Source: an uncultured Chloroflexia bacterium (GTDB lineage: Bacteria > Chloroflexota > Limnocylindria > Limnocylindrales > CSP1-4). Taken from it: a stretch of DNA of 64,000 bases. Both the position numbers and the translations under genes were made by a program. The stretch is taken from the NCBI GenBank assembly GCA_963736545.1, contig CAVTPA010000001.1:1793660-1857659 (forward strand), given 5' to 3'. The notes beneath the pieces were generated by a model. That model saw only the letters and a program-made list of their open reading frames with translations. It ran no database searches and had not been told where the DNA came from. Below, piece by piece: positions 39,619 through 49,126 of the stretch; the stretch's first letter is position 1, and each line of letters opens with the position of its first letter.

Positions 39619-41019
39619 TCACCGGGGCGCCACAAGCCCCGTGCCCGGCGTCATTCCATTGAGCGTCTGTGGCGTGACGAACAAGATCTCACGCGCGATT
39701 CCCAAGGCCTCGCCGACGGTGTACTGGCCCTGCCCGATCTTCTCGGCAAGCACGTCGGCGAGCTGCCGGCGAACGATGAACGCCTTTGCATACGACCACT
39801 CGACACAATACGCGTCGCTGAAGAAACCCACGTGCCTGTTGAGCGGCAACATGTCCAGGCGATCCCGGAGCACCTTGCGGATCACGCCGGGAAACAGATT
39901 GTGCCACCAGTAGCCAGCCAAGGAGATGTTCGGCAGTTCGCGGGCGAGCGTGCAGAACCCCTGGTTTGCGTGCTCGCTGGCGAGGAACACCTGGAACCCA
40001 ATCGAGGGGTGCCGCGCGGCCAGACTTGCGATCTCGAAGATCGTGTCCTGGCGCAACTTGCTGCCGGTCTCGAACGGGAGCAGCTCGGCACCGACCGAGA
40101 ACTGGAACAGCAGCCGGCGGCCGCTTCGCTCGAGGGCGCGGAGGAACGCCTCGAGGATGTAGCTGGCATAGACATCGCGGTCGTCGGGGGTCGCCCGGTC
40201 ACAATTCGCGATGGCCGCCGCCATCTCCAGGTCGTCGACCTCGCGTAGCGTGAGGTCGGTGGAGATGTGCTGGGCCGTCGCGAGGACCCGGCCGAAAGGG
40301 ATCGCGCCTAGGTAGTGATCGATGGCGGCTCCGACGTCGTCCACGGACCGGATTCTGCGCTCGACCGCCGGTCGCTGCTCGCCGACCGTCACGGGCAGGG
40401 GCGCGGAGGGGGCGTCCTGTGCCCACGCCCGCTCGAGCTCGTAGAGGGCCACGTCGTTCATGCCCCACTGGGCGCGCGCGAAGAAGGCCCACTCGAGCGC
40501 GTACTCGAGCACGTCGTCGGCCGAACCGTCACGCCGCCGCCAGAGCTCGGTGCTCGCGCGGCGGATTCCAGCGCGCTTCAGGACCTCCCGGGCCCACGCC
40601 GCGTCGGCCGACCGCTCACGGATCGCCGCGTCGACACGCCACCATCCGGCCTCGTCCTGTGGTGGCTCGAGCCCGAATAGATCGCGAAGGATTACGCGAA
40701 TTCCCCAGTAGCCGCTAGTGCCGCGAATTGCCGCGACGTAGGGGAGTGCCTCCGCAACGCGCCCGGTGGCAACATCGTCGCCACGATCCTCGGGGAGCCG
40801 CGCCTGCGAAGGACAGCCCGCGGCTCCGAGCTCCGAAATAATCATGTGGTACAGCAGCACGTCGTCCAGCCCGCGGGCGCCGAGGTGGGCGGAATCGAGA
40901 TGGGTGTGGCAGTCGATCAGCGGGATCTCCGCGAGACCGTCGAGCACTGTCTGAACGACATGAGAGGGCTCCACGCTTCGAACCTCCGTTGTCGACCGCC
41001 GGACCCTGGCGGGCACCAC
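39619..41019 (-). CDS. glucuronate isomerase (UxaC)-like amidohydrolase-superfamily protein
   Basis: 466 aa. IPLIDCHTHL near the N-terminus, GYWWHNLFP, and a C-terminal FFSDAYCVEWSYAKAFIVRRQL pattern, as in uronate isomerases. Confidence 0.65.
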   Translation of the reverse strand: MVPARVRRSTTEVRSVEPSHVVQTVLDGLAEIPLIDCHTHLDSAHLGARGLDDVLLYHMIISELGAAGCPSQARLPEDRGDDVATGRVAEALPYVAAIRGTSGYWGIRVILRDLFGLEPPQDEAGWWRVDAAIRERSADAAWAREVLKRAGIRRASTELWRRRDGSADDVLEYALEWAFFARAQWGMNDVALYELERAWAQDAPSAPLPVTVGEQRPAVERRIRSVDDVGAAIDHYLGAIPFGRVLATAQHISTDLTLREVDDLEMAAAIANCDRATPDDRDVYASYILEAFLRALERSGRRLLFQFSVGAELLPFETGSKLRQDTIFEIASLAARHPSIGFQVFLASEHANQGFCTLARELPNISLAGYWWHNLFPGVIRKVLRDRLDMLPLNRHVGFFSDAYCVEWSYAKAFIVRRQLADVLAEKIGQGQYTVGEALGIAREILFVTPQTLNGMTPGTGLVAPR

Positions 41020-42062
41020 CGTCGCGCAACCCGGGCGGTCGCGGCAGGCGCGCGGCTTGTTACCGGGCGACTGACGAGGTCAGGCGCGCGCTGGCTACCG
41101 CGTCGAGTCCGGACTACGCAATCGTATGCGTCCCTCGGGCACGATGTCGGAGGCCGATGCACCGGGCGCGATCCGTCCGATCTCTCGAAAGCGCGGCGCC
41201 TTGGCGTTCACCGAGATCCTGCGGACCGCTTCCGTCGTCGAAGCCATCGGTGCCCGTGTGCTCGGTCGCGACGTCACGCACATGCGGAAGCTAACGTAGG
41301 TCTGCTGTGTGAGCCGAGGCGGGGATCGCCAGCAGGCGTACCTCCGCCGCCAGCGGCTCGTCGTCCATGGCCTCAACGCGCCGCTGACCGATGCCCGCTC
41401 GGGTCGCTGGTTCCTACGTTCGGGTGCACGAACCTAGTGCGAGCGTCCGCATCCCGGCGGCGTGGGGCGTCGGTCCTCCCTGGAGGGCGTCGGCCCCCGC
41501 AGGGGCCGCTCTCGGCGACCAGCTTCGCAAGCTCGGCGCCATCCTGCCGCCGCTCGTCGCCCCATGTCGGGGCCCTCGGCTGCGCCGCCGACAGTGCGGG
41601 GTGCATGGGGCGGGGGTGACACTCGGCGGTGTCCTGCGCGACGCGTGCGCGCGGAGGTCCCGGGTGGGCCACGACGGCCGCAGGGAGGGCTCCCGGCGGA
41701 GGACGTGGCGCCGGGCGTGTTGGCGCAGAATGAGTGGATAATGCGGTGCCTTCTACCGCGCCGAGCGCGCGCGCTCATGATCGTGGAGCCTGCGACCAGT
41801 GAGCTCGGAGCGAGGCGATGCTTACCTGTCATCCGCCCAGTCCACGGTCAACGACGAGCTGTCGGCTCGGCGGCCGGCCGGGCTTGGCCTGGCCGATCAC
41901 CTCCATGCGCTCGGGGTCGGCCGGGGGGCCGGCGGGTCGCTCGCCTGGGCGCCAGACAAGAGGGCCGGCCTCCCGCGTTTTCAGGGGCGTCGCCCGCAGA
42001 CAACTTGATGTGGCCGAGCGGTTTCCTGCATGGCGGAGCCGCGCAGTAGAGCATGGCGGGGC

Positions 42063-43013
42063 TCACAGCCTGTCGGCCGGGTTGAGCCGCCGGCTCGCTG
42101 CGATCGCGCGATCCGATGCCGTGGCGCGTGCGTATCTCGACAGCATCTCGCGGGACTTCCAGCCAGCCAGCGCCATCGTGTCGCCCTCGCTCACGCCGGC
42201 CGAGAGCACCCCGTGCGCCCAGCTGTGCCGGAGAAGGTGGGGATGGAGCCCGGGCAGCCCGGCCTGGTCGCCACGTCGGCGGACCATCTGCGCGATGCCG
42301 GATACGGTCATCGGTCCCCGCTCCCCGAGCCACAGGGCCGGCGAGTCGGCGTGCGCGTGCCGGCCCCGCAGGCGGAGGTAGCGGTCAACGGCCTTCGCGG
42401 CCTTCGCGCCCATGTGGACGACCCGCGGGCGGCGACCCTTGCCGAGCACGTGGAACGTCTGCGCGTCGAGGTCAACGTCGTTCGTCTCGGGATCGCCCGG
42501 AGTCCAGCGGAGTCCGGTGACTTCCGCGAGCCGGGCGCCGGTGCCGATGAAGGTCCGCAGGATGGCCGCGTCGCGGCGGTCCTCGTAGCCGGTGCCGGCG
42601 CACGTCGCGAGGAGGCGGCGCAGCTCGTCCTCGCTGAGCACCTTGGGCGGCTCGTCGGGGACCTTCGGCGGGCGCATCTTCGCCATCGGGCTCGTGGTGA
42701 TCTCGCCCTCCTCCACGGCCCACTTGAAGAACTGCTGCAAGCTCCGGTAGCGGTTCGTCGCGGTCGCCGGCCGAGAGTCGGTGAGCAGCCGCTCGATCCA
42801 CGCCTCGACGTGCTCGCGCTTGATGTTCGCGACGTCGGTCGGCATCCCGCAGGCCGCGAGGAACCGGGAGAAGCCGGCGATGGCCTCGGCGTAGGTCTGG
42901 ATGGTCCGGGGCGCGAGGTTCGACGCGCGAAGGTGGCGCGCCCAGCTCGCGGCGTTGCCGCCCAGGTCGCCCGGGGTTGCTACGATGGGCGGTGTGGAAA
43001 CGGCTTGCGGCAT
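42063..43013 (-). CDS. tyrosine recombinase / integrase (XerC/D-like)
   Basis: 316 aa. N-terminal SAM-like core-binding domain (RTIQTYAEAIAGFSRFL). The catalytic region has GARLAEV (Arg I), HLLRHSWAH (H-x-x-R ... H), and SRYAR (Tyr). Confidence 0.9.
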   Translation of the reverse strand: MPQAVSTPPIVATPGDLGGNAASWARHLRASNLAPRTIQTYAEAIAGFSRFLAACGMPTDVANIKREHVEAWIERLLTDSRPATATNRYRSLQQFFKWAVEEGEITTSPMAKMRPPKVPDEPPKVLSEDELRRLLATCAGTGYEDRRDAAILRTFIGTGARLAEVTGLRWTPGDPETNDVDLDAQTFHVLGKGRRPRVVHMGAKAAKAVDRYLRLRGRHAHADSPALWLGERGPMTVSGIAQMVRRRGDQAGLPGLHPHLLRHSWAHGVLSAGVSEGDTMALAGWKSREMLSRYARATASDRAIAASRRLNPADRL

Positions 43014-43117
43014 CGTTCACGGGCTCCAGATGGGGGATCTAGTCGCCCTCCATTATACGCTGAGTGAGCGCAGCATCAAGCCCGTTTCCACAGTCATCCG
43101 CTCAATCTGAGCGTAGA

Positions 43118-43159
43118 CCGCGCGCCCGTAGCTCAGCGGACAGAGCATCTGACTTCGGA
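43118..43159 (+). repeat. right copy of the 42-bp direct repeat (putative attR core), inside the intact tRNA-Arg
   Basis: Identical to 10564-10605. Confidence 0.9.
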
Positions 43160-43197
43160 TCAGACGGTCGGGGGTTCGAATCCCTCCGGGCGCGCCA
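43122..43197 (+). tRNA. tRNA-Arg (anticodon TCG), CCA encoded
   Basis: Hand-folded:
- acceptor GCGCCCG / CGGGCGC
- D-arm GCTC-AGCGGACA-GAGC
- anticodon arm TCTGA-CTTCGGA-TCAGA
- variable loop CGGTC
- T-arm GGGGG-TTCGAAT-CCCTC
- discriminator G, then CCA. Confidence 0.9.
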
Positions 43198-43292
43198 GCG
43201 ACTTGACGTGCGCCCGAACCCGGCAGTGATCCGCTGGCCGGCGACACGGGAACGGATCCCACCCTGCCGTGCGCGCACGCGGTCTCGGGTCC

Positions 43293-44402
43293 TCAGACGT
43301 TCAGCCCGACCCCGATCGCGGTTCCCAGCATGATCACCGCGTCCGCCGCCCCGGCTATCGCCGCAGCCGCGGCATCGCCGTCGTTGACGGTGTGCACGGT
43401 GACCGGGTAGCCGAGGCGATCTCCGAGACGGTCGGCAAGCCGTCGTGCGAGTGGGACCGTCCCAAGGGACCCGTAGAGTCCCGGCTGGGCGGCGAGCGGC
43501 TGGCCGGTCGTATCCGTGTCTGCGGCGACCGCGAAGCCGGCCGATGAAACGCTCGAGCACCGGACGACGGCCGCGGCCGCGTCGGCGAGGAAGTCGGCGA
43601 GCGCGCCGGCTCGTGGGCCGATGGGTGGGGCCACGGCCGCCATGGCGGTGAGGGTGACGCAGCGCCCGCCGTGAACATCGGCGAGTCCACGCTTGATCCA
43701 CGTGAGACCGGCATCGACGAGCACCGCCCGCCCGTCGGGCAGCCTCGTCGCGGCGCCCCGCAGGGCCAGCGATCCGGGATCTTCGGCCAGCTGGAGATGA
43801 ACCTCGCCCGCACCCAGGCGGGGCAGCCAGGCGATCGCGGACGCGACTAGCCGCCTGCCGAGCACACCCGAGACGATCCCGCCCCCCAGCCCGATCCGCC
43901 GCACGGCCGCCCAACGATCCCAGTGCTCGGCCGGCCAGTCGGGACGTGCCGCGCGCGCATCCGGGGGTCCAAGGACGAGTACCGCGACGAGCCCCGCGAG
44001 CGCCACCCCGAGGTCGTCGGCAAGCGCCGTGGCCGTGGCGTCAGCCGCCGTGACCATGGCATCGAGTGCCCGCGGGTACGGCGCCGCGGCGATGATGACG
44101 TCCGACCCAAGCCCGTCCGGCACGGGGGCCAGGTCGATGCCCGGGAACCGCTCGCGGACCCGGCGGGCGATGCCGACGCTCGACAGCCAGTCGAAGGCGC
44201 GCGCGCCACGGAGCCCCGCCGGCAGGTCCGGGATGCCCGCGATGATCGAGCGGTTCACGCTCGGTGTGAAGACGGGCATCTCCGCCATCGCTGGAGTATG
44301 CGCCGCGGACATGTCCGGCTCCTGCGCCCGACGCCCTCGGGGCACGCCATTGTCATGAGTCGCGACATCGGCGACACACGTGATCAGCCGGTCGCTTGAC
44401 AT
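43293..44402 (-). CDS. hypothetical protein with ROK/ASKHA sugar-kinase-like halves in swapped order
   Basis: The C-terminal ~145 aa look like a ROK N-terminal half (VLVDAGLTWIKRGL...PVTVHTVNDGDAAAAAIAG..VIMLGTAIGVG), ending abruptly. Residues ~130-220 look like a ROK C-terminal half (RIGLGGGIVSGVLGRRL...LALRGAA). An alternative start is ATG 44312. Confidence 0.45.
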   Translation of the reverse strand: MSSDRLITCVADVATHDNGVPRGRRAQEPDMSAAHTPAMAEMPVFTPSVNRSIIAGIPDLPAGLRGARAFDWLSSVGIARRVRERFPGIDLAPVPDGLGSDVIIAAAPYPRALDAMVTAADATATALADDLGVALAGLVAVLVLGPPDARAARPDWPAEHWDRWAAVRRIGLGGGIVSGVLGRRLVASAIAWLPRLGAGEVHLQLAEDPGSLALRGAATRLPDGRAVLVDAGLTWIKRGLADVHGGRCVTLTAMAAVAPPIGPRAGALADFLADAAAAVVRCSSVSSAGFAVAADTDTTGQPLAAQPGLYGSLGTVPLARRLADRLGDRLGYPVTVHTVNDGDAAAAAIAGAADAVIMLGTAIGVGLNV

Positions 44403-44456
44403 CTCGGGCGCGCCCGGGCGGCATTCGTCTGCCGAAGCGGCCGCCTCAGCGCGGCG

Positions 44457-46772
44457 TCACTGCTCGCTCGCGGATGCGATCCAGGCGGCGATCCGTGCTC
44501 GTGAGTCGAACCCGAGCTTGTTCAGGATGCCGCGGACGTGGGAGTCCACGGTGTGCTCGGAGATGAACAGGCGCGCACCGATCTCCTTGTTGGTCAGGCC
44601 GTCGGCAACGAGCCGGGCGACCTCGTGCTCGCGCTGCGAGAGCGGTCCTCGGCCGGCACGCCCGGACGGCACCGCCACGACGTCCGCTGGTGCACCGAGG
44701 GCGAGCCGCACGGCCGCGTCGCGGTCCAGGCGAGCACCCGCGTCGTGGGCGGCCTTGTACCGGGAGGCGCCCAGCGCCGTCCGCGCCGACACTGCCGCCC
44801 GCTCCACCAATGGCGCGAGGAACGGCATGACCTGCGCGCCGGCCCCGGTGCGCATCGCTCCCCCAGCGCCCAGCAGCTGCGCCGCGACCTGCGCATTCCC
44901 CGACGCCGCCTGGAGGCAGCCCGCGGCGTCGAGCAGGTACGCCAGCTGCACCCGGTCGTCCAGCCGGTGGGCGAGCCCGATCGCCTCGGCCAGCAGCGGC
45001 GCCGCTGCACCCAGGTCGCCGGCGGCGAGCGCCGCCGTCCCGAGGTTCAGCAGCCAGACCTTGAGCGTGTAGAGGTCCCCTGCCTCCCTGCTGAGCCGGA
45101 TGCCATCGAGCGACGCTGACGTCGCCGCCTCCACGTCGCCCGCGAAGAACCCGTCGAGCGCCCGGGCCTGGAGCAGGGCCTGGGCGGCGCCGACGTCGTC
45201 GAGGTCGTCCGCAGCGCCCTGCGCCTCGTCGATGAAGCGCCTGGCGGCGGACCGGTCGCCGGCCATGTTCGCCGCGATCGAGGCCATCGACAGCGAGGTC
45301 ACCAGCGGGCCGCCCCGGCCGGCCGCGCGGTCCGCCACCATCGCGCGCTCGAGCGACGGGATCGCCGCGACCGGGTCCACCAGCAGCACGAGGAGGAAGC
45401 CGCGCAGGTACTCGCCGCGGGCCCACGCTTCCTGGTGCGCAGCTCCCAGCTCGAGGAGTTGGTCCAGCCAGCGCACGCCCTCCGTGGTGGCGCGCGTGGC
45501 CCAGAACCCGCGAAGGGACGAGGCGAGGCCGAGGCCGAGCTCGCCGTCGCCACGGTCGACGCAGCGCCGGAGGATGGTCCGGATGGTGTCGATCTCGAGG
45601 TCAAGCCAGTCGAGCCACGTGCCGAGGTCGTAGCGCGGGTCCTCCCAGCCGCTGCGACACCTCGAGACGAAGTACGACACGCACCGCTCTTCGACGGCGT
45701 CCTCCTCGTCAGCCTCCCGCAGCCGAAGCCGGGCGAACTCGCGCATCGTCTCGTGGAGGCGGTAGCAGGCAACACCCCGCGCCGCGTCGGCTGTCACCAG
45801 CGACTTGTCCACGAGCGATGCGACGAGGTCGAGCACATCCTGCTGCGGCAGGTCGTCCGCGGCGCACACGGCCTCGACGTCGTCGAGCGTGAACCGGCCG
45901 GCAAACACGGACAGGCGTCGCAGGAGCGTGCGCTCGTCGGGCGTGAGCAGGTCGTGGCTCCACTCGATCGCCAGGCGCAGCGTCTGGTGGCGCGGCAGGG
46001 TCGCGCGGCCCGTGCCCGCGAGGAGGCCGAAGCGGTCGGCCAGGCGGTCGCGGATCTGCTCGACCGCGAGCACCCGCGTCCGCACCGCGGCGAGCTCGAT
46101 GGCGAGCGGCAGGCCGTCGAGACGGCGGCACACCTCGACGACCGCCGCCCGGTTGGCGTCGGTCAATGAAAACCCGCCCGATGCCGCCGACGCCCGCTCG
46201 ACGAACAGCTCGACCGACTCGTTGAGACGCAGCAGCTCGAGCGGCTCCCCCGGCGCGGCGGGCGGCAGCTCCAGCGGCGGGACTGGCAGGAGGTGCTCGC
46301 CGGGCACCGCGAGCGGCTCGCGGCTGGTGGCGATCACTCGTACGCCCGGCGCCACCCTGACGATGTCGGTCACCAGCGGCGCGGCCGCATCGAGCAGGTG
46401 CTCGCAGTTGTCGACAAGGAGCAGCAGCTCCTTGTCCTTCAGGTAGGAGAGCAGGACGGCGCGCGGCCCGGTCGCCGCCTGATCGCGCAGATCCAGCGCG
46501 GCCAGGACTGCGTTCTGGACGAGACTCGGGTCCCGGACGTCGGCCAGCTCAACGAGCCACGCGCCACCCGGGAACGCGCGCGCAAGCTCGGTGGCGCCCC
46601 GGATCGCCAGTCGCGTCTTCCCGACGCCACCCGGGCCGACGAGCGTGACCAGGCGGGCCGCGGCGAGCTTCGACCGAAGCTCCGCGAGCTCGCGCCGACG
46701 GCCGATGAAGCTGGTCGCCTCGGCCGGGAGATTGCCGGGACGACGGATGGGCCTGGCCATGGTGGACAGCAC
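44457..46772 (-). CDS. large ATP-binding LuxR-family regulator (NB-ARC/AAA + TPR + LuxR HTH)
   Basis: 771 aa. P-loop LVGPGGVGKTRLA, TPR-like middle, and a C-terminal LSQREHEVARLVADGLTNKEIGARLFISEHTVDSHV. Confidence 0.85.
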   Translation of the reverse strand: MLSTMARPIRRPGNLPAEATSFIGRRRELAELRSKLAAARLVTLVGPGGVGKTRLAIRGATELARAFPGGAWLVELADVRDPSLVQNAVLAALDLRDQAATGPRAVLLSYLKDKELLLLVDNCEHLLDAAAPLVTDIVRVAPGVRVIATSREPLAVPGEHLLPVPPLELPPAAPGEPLELLRLNESVELFVERASAASGGFSLTDANRAAVVEVCRRLDGLPLAIELAAVRTRVLAVEQIRDRLADRFGLLAGTGRATLPRHQTLRLAIEWSHDLLTPDERTLLRRLSVFAGRFTLDDVEAVCAADDLPQQDVLDLVASLVDKSLVTADAARGVACYRLHETMREFARLRLREADEEDAVEERCVSYFVSRCRSGWEDPRYDLGTWLDWLDLEIDTIRTILRRCVDRGDGELGLGLASSLRGFWATRATTEGVRWLDQLLELGAAHQEAWARGEYLRGFLLVLLVDPVAAIPSLERAMVADRAAGRGGPLVTSLSMASIAANMAGDRSAARRFIDEAQGAADDLDDVGAAQALLQARALDGFFAGDVEAATSASLDGIRLSREAGDLYTLKVWLLNLGTAALAAGDLGAAAPLLAEAIGLAHRLDDRVQLAYLLDAAGCLQAASGNAQVAAQLLGAGGAMRTGAGAQVMPFLAPLVERAAVSARTALGASRYKAAHDAGARLDRDAAVRLALGAPADVVAVPSGRAGRGPLSQREHEVARLVADGLTNKEIGARLFISEHTVDSHVRGILNKLGFDSRARIAAWIASASEQ

Positions 46773-46916
46773 GGTACACGGGCCGCGACGGGCGGTGCCG
46801 GGCCGTCCACCACCCCTTGCTCACGACCGGATCACGAATTCCATCGATGGCGAGGCGCGCCCATCTCCGTAGGGTCGGGAGCGGACGGGCAGGATTGCCC
46901 TCGAGCAGGAGATGAG

Positions 46917-47651
46917 ATGGAGACGAACCGGAAGGCCGCGGTCGCCGCGGGCGTGCTGTTCATCGTTGCGACGGTCGCCGACGTGATCTCGCGGGTGGCG
47001 TTCCTGACCCCCGTGCTGGGACTCCCCGACCCGCTCGCGGCGGTCGCGGCGAACGAGACCAGCGTCGTGCTGGGCGCGCTGCTGCTCGTCGTCGGCGCCG
47101 CTGCGGCGGCCGGGATCGCCATCGCGATGTACCCGGTCATGCGCCGGCACGGCGAGGCCCTGGCGCTCGGGTCGGTGGGGTTCAGGCTCATCGAGGGCAC
47201 CTTCTACCTCGGGATCGTCGTGTGCCTGCTGATCCTGATGGCCATGGGCGAGGAAGCCGTGAGCGGCGGCGGTCCCGCGGCGTTCGCGGTCCCGGTGACG
47301 CTCGTGCTCGCGGCCCGCGAGGCCCTGGGCCAGGTGGGGGTCCTCGCGTTCGCCCTCGGAGCCACCATGTATTACTGGTTGTTCTTCCGGTCGCGACTGG
47401 TCCCGCGCTGGCTGTCGGCCTGGGGGCTCGTGGCGATCGCGTCGCTCGCGGTCTCCGTGGTGCTGGTCATCTCCGGCGTCGTCGAGCCGATGTCGCAGGC
47501 GCAGGTCCTCCTCGCGGCCCCGATCCTCGTGCAGGAGATGGTCTTCGCCGGCTGGCTGATCGCCAAGGGATTCCGATCGGCCGATGCGGTCGCGTCCGGG
47601 GCCCCGGTCGAGGCCGACCTCGCCTCCCGCGCGCAGGCGACGGCGGCATGA
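46917..47651 (+). CDS. DUF4386-family membrane protein
   Basis: 244 aa from METNRKAAVAAGVLFIV. Contains the family-like LVPRWLSAWGLV and a C-terminal EMVFAGWLIAKGF. Confidence 0.6.
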   Translation: METNRKAAVAAGVLFIVATVADVISRVAFLTPVLGLPDPLAAVAANETSVVLGALLLVVGAAAAAGIAIAMYPVMRRHGEALALGSVGFRLIEGTFYLGIVVCLLILMAMGEEAVSGGGPAAFAVPVTLVLAAREALGQVGVLAFALGATMYYWLFFRSRLVPRWLSAWGLVAIASLAVSVVLVISGVVEPMSQAQVLLAAPILVQEMVFAGWLIAKGFRSADAVASGAPVEADLASRAQATAA

Positions 47652-48583
47652 CCACCATGAAGGCGGCCGTGTGCGAGCGCTACGGTCCTCCGGACGTCCT
47701 CCGGGTCGCGCACGTGCCCCGTCCCGTCCCGGCCGCCGACGAGATCCTCGTGCGGGTCCGGGCCTCCACCGTCAACTCCAGCGACTGGTACGTGCGGAGC
47801 GGTGTCCGGCGATCGCCGCTGGCCGTCCAGGTCCCCTTCCGACTCCTCGTCGGCATCCGTCGCCCGAGACAGCCGATCCTCGGCCTTGTCCTGGCCGGCG
47901 AAGTGGTGGCGACGGGCAGCGCCGTCACGACGTTCCACGCGGGTGACCGTGTGTGGGCGTTCACCAAGCTCCGCTTCGGCGCCTACGCCGAGTACACGTG
48001 CGTGAAGGAGGACAGCACCGTCGCCCTCGCCCCGGTCAACGCCTCGGACGAGGATGCGGCGGCAGTGCTCTACGGCGGCTTGATGGCCCTGCACTACCTC
48101 CGGCGAGGCGGGCTCGAGTCCGGGCAGCGCGTGCTGGTCTACGGCGCTTCCGGGGCGGTCGGGACGGCTGCGGTGCAGCTGGCGACGCACGCCGGGGCCG
48201 ACGTGACCGCGGTCTGCGGTCCGGCGAACGCCGACCTGGTGACGTCCCTCGGGGCAACCCTGGTGCTCGACTACACGGGCACCGACTCGCTGCCGCCCGG
48301 CATGGCCTTCGATCTCGTGCTGGACGCGGTCGGAAAGCGCAGAGGCTCGGTTCTGAAGGCGGCATGCCGGCGGGCCGTGGCCCCGGGTGGGAGGTATGTG
48401 TCGGTCGACGATGGCACTCCCGACTTCCTGGCCGCCGACCTCGTCCGTCTCGCGCGGTTGGCCGACGACGGGGCGATCGACCCGGTCGTGGATCGCGTCT
48501 ACCCGCTGGAGTGGATCGCGGAGGCCCACCGCTACGTGGAGGCGGACCACAAGCGCGGCAACGTCGTGGTCACCATGGCCTGA
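47648..48583 (+). CDS. NAD(P)H-dependent MDR oxidoreductase (quinone oxidoreductase-like)
   Basis: Starts MTTMKAAVCERYGPPDVL with an ATGA overlap with the previous gene. Rossmann motif VYGASGAVGTAAVQLA. Confidence 0.85.
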   Translation: MTTMKAAVCERYGPPDVLRVAHVPRPVPAADEILVRVRASTVNSSDWYVRSGVRRSPLAVQVPFRLLVGIRRPRQPILGLVLAGEVVATGSAVTTFHAGDRVWAFTKLRFGAYAEYTCVKEDSTVALAPVNASDEDAAAVLYGGLMALHYLRRGGLESGQRVLVYGASGAVGTAAVQLATHAGADVTAVCGPANADLVTSLGATLVLDYTGTDSLPPGMAFDLVLDAVGKRRGSVLKAACRRAVAPGGRYVSVDDGTPDFLAADLVRLARLADDGAIDPVVDRVYPLEWIAEAHRYVEADHKRGNVVVTMA

Positions 48584-48861
48584 GCACAGCGCGTTCGTGG
48601 CCCCAATCAGCCCGAGGGAGCTGGCCAGTCGGGGAGCGGTCGCCGCAGGGCGCGCCAGGACCGCCGCCGCGTGGACGCAGGGCTCAGGGCAGCCGTCGGA
48701 TGACCGTGGCCCGGAACGGCCCCGCCAAGAGCCCGAGCACGGGACCGTGGGCACCGGCGGCCATGGTCTTCGCGAGATGCGTCGTCCGTGCTTCAGGCGA
48801 CTCCCAGTCGGCGATGTGGATGAGCGCTCGCAGCTCGTCTCGCCGGCGGTGCCCACCCGGA

Positions 48862-49116
48862 TCAGTAGACCTCATCGTGGGTACCGAGCGCGACGAGGAA
48901 GCAGGTGTCGCCGTCCCAGCGGAGCAGCACCCGCAGGTCGTCGTCGACGCGGAATGCCCAGTAGTCGCCGAGATCGCCCTTGAGCTTGTGGGTCCGGAGC
49001 AGCGGATCCTGGGGGTTGCTCGCGAAGCGCCGCAGGGCCGCTCGGAGCAATTCGTCCCGAGGGGACTTCAGCTTCCTTGCCCGCCGCAGGAACCGGGAGG
49101 ACGCGATGACCCGCAC
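48862..49116 (-). CDS. RelE/ParE-family type II toxin
   Basis: 84 aa. HKLKGDLGDYWAFRVDDDLRVLLRWDGDTCFLVALGTHDEVY matches the RelE/StbE-type C-terminal pattern. Sits 10 bp downstream of the antitoxin gene. Confidence 0.75.
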   Translation of the reverse strand: MRVIASSRFLRRARKLKSPRDELLRAALRRFASNPQDPLLRTHKLKGDLGDYWAFRVDDDLRVLLRWDGDTCFLVALGTHDEVY

Positions 49117-49126
49117 ATTCGTACCG

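Larger units (their letters stand above)
10564..43159. mobile_element. putative tRNA-Arg-integrated genomic (metabolic) island, about 32.6 kb
   Basis: Bounded by perfect 42-bp direct repeats, with a tyrosine integrase at the tRNA-proximal end. The cargo is sugar-catabolic and regulatory genes, many of them decayed. It contains an internal lower-GC insertion. No phage or conjugation genes were seen. Confidence 0.6.

Noticed and set aside
10564-43159. Prophage or integrative conjugative element
   Set aside because: No capsid, portal, terminase, tail, lysis, relaxase, coupling-protein or T4SS-like proteins are recognisable anywhere in the interval. Only the integrase is mobility-related, so it was called a genomic or metabolic island instead.
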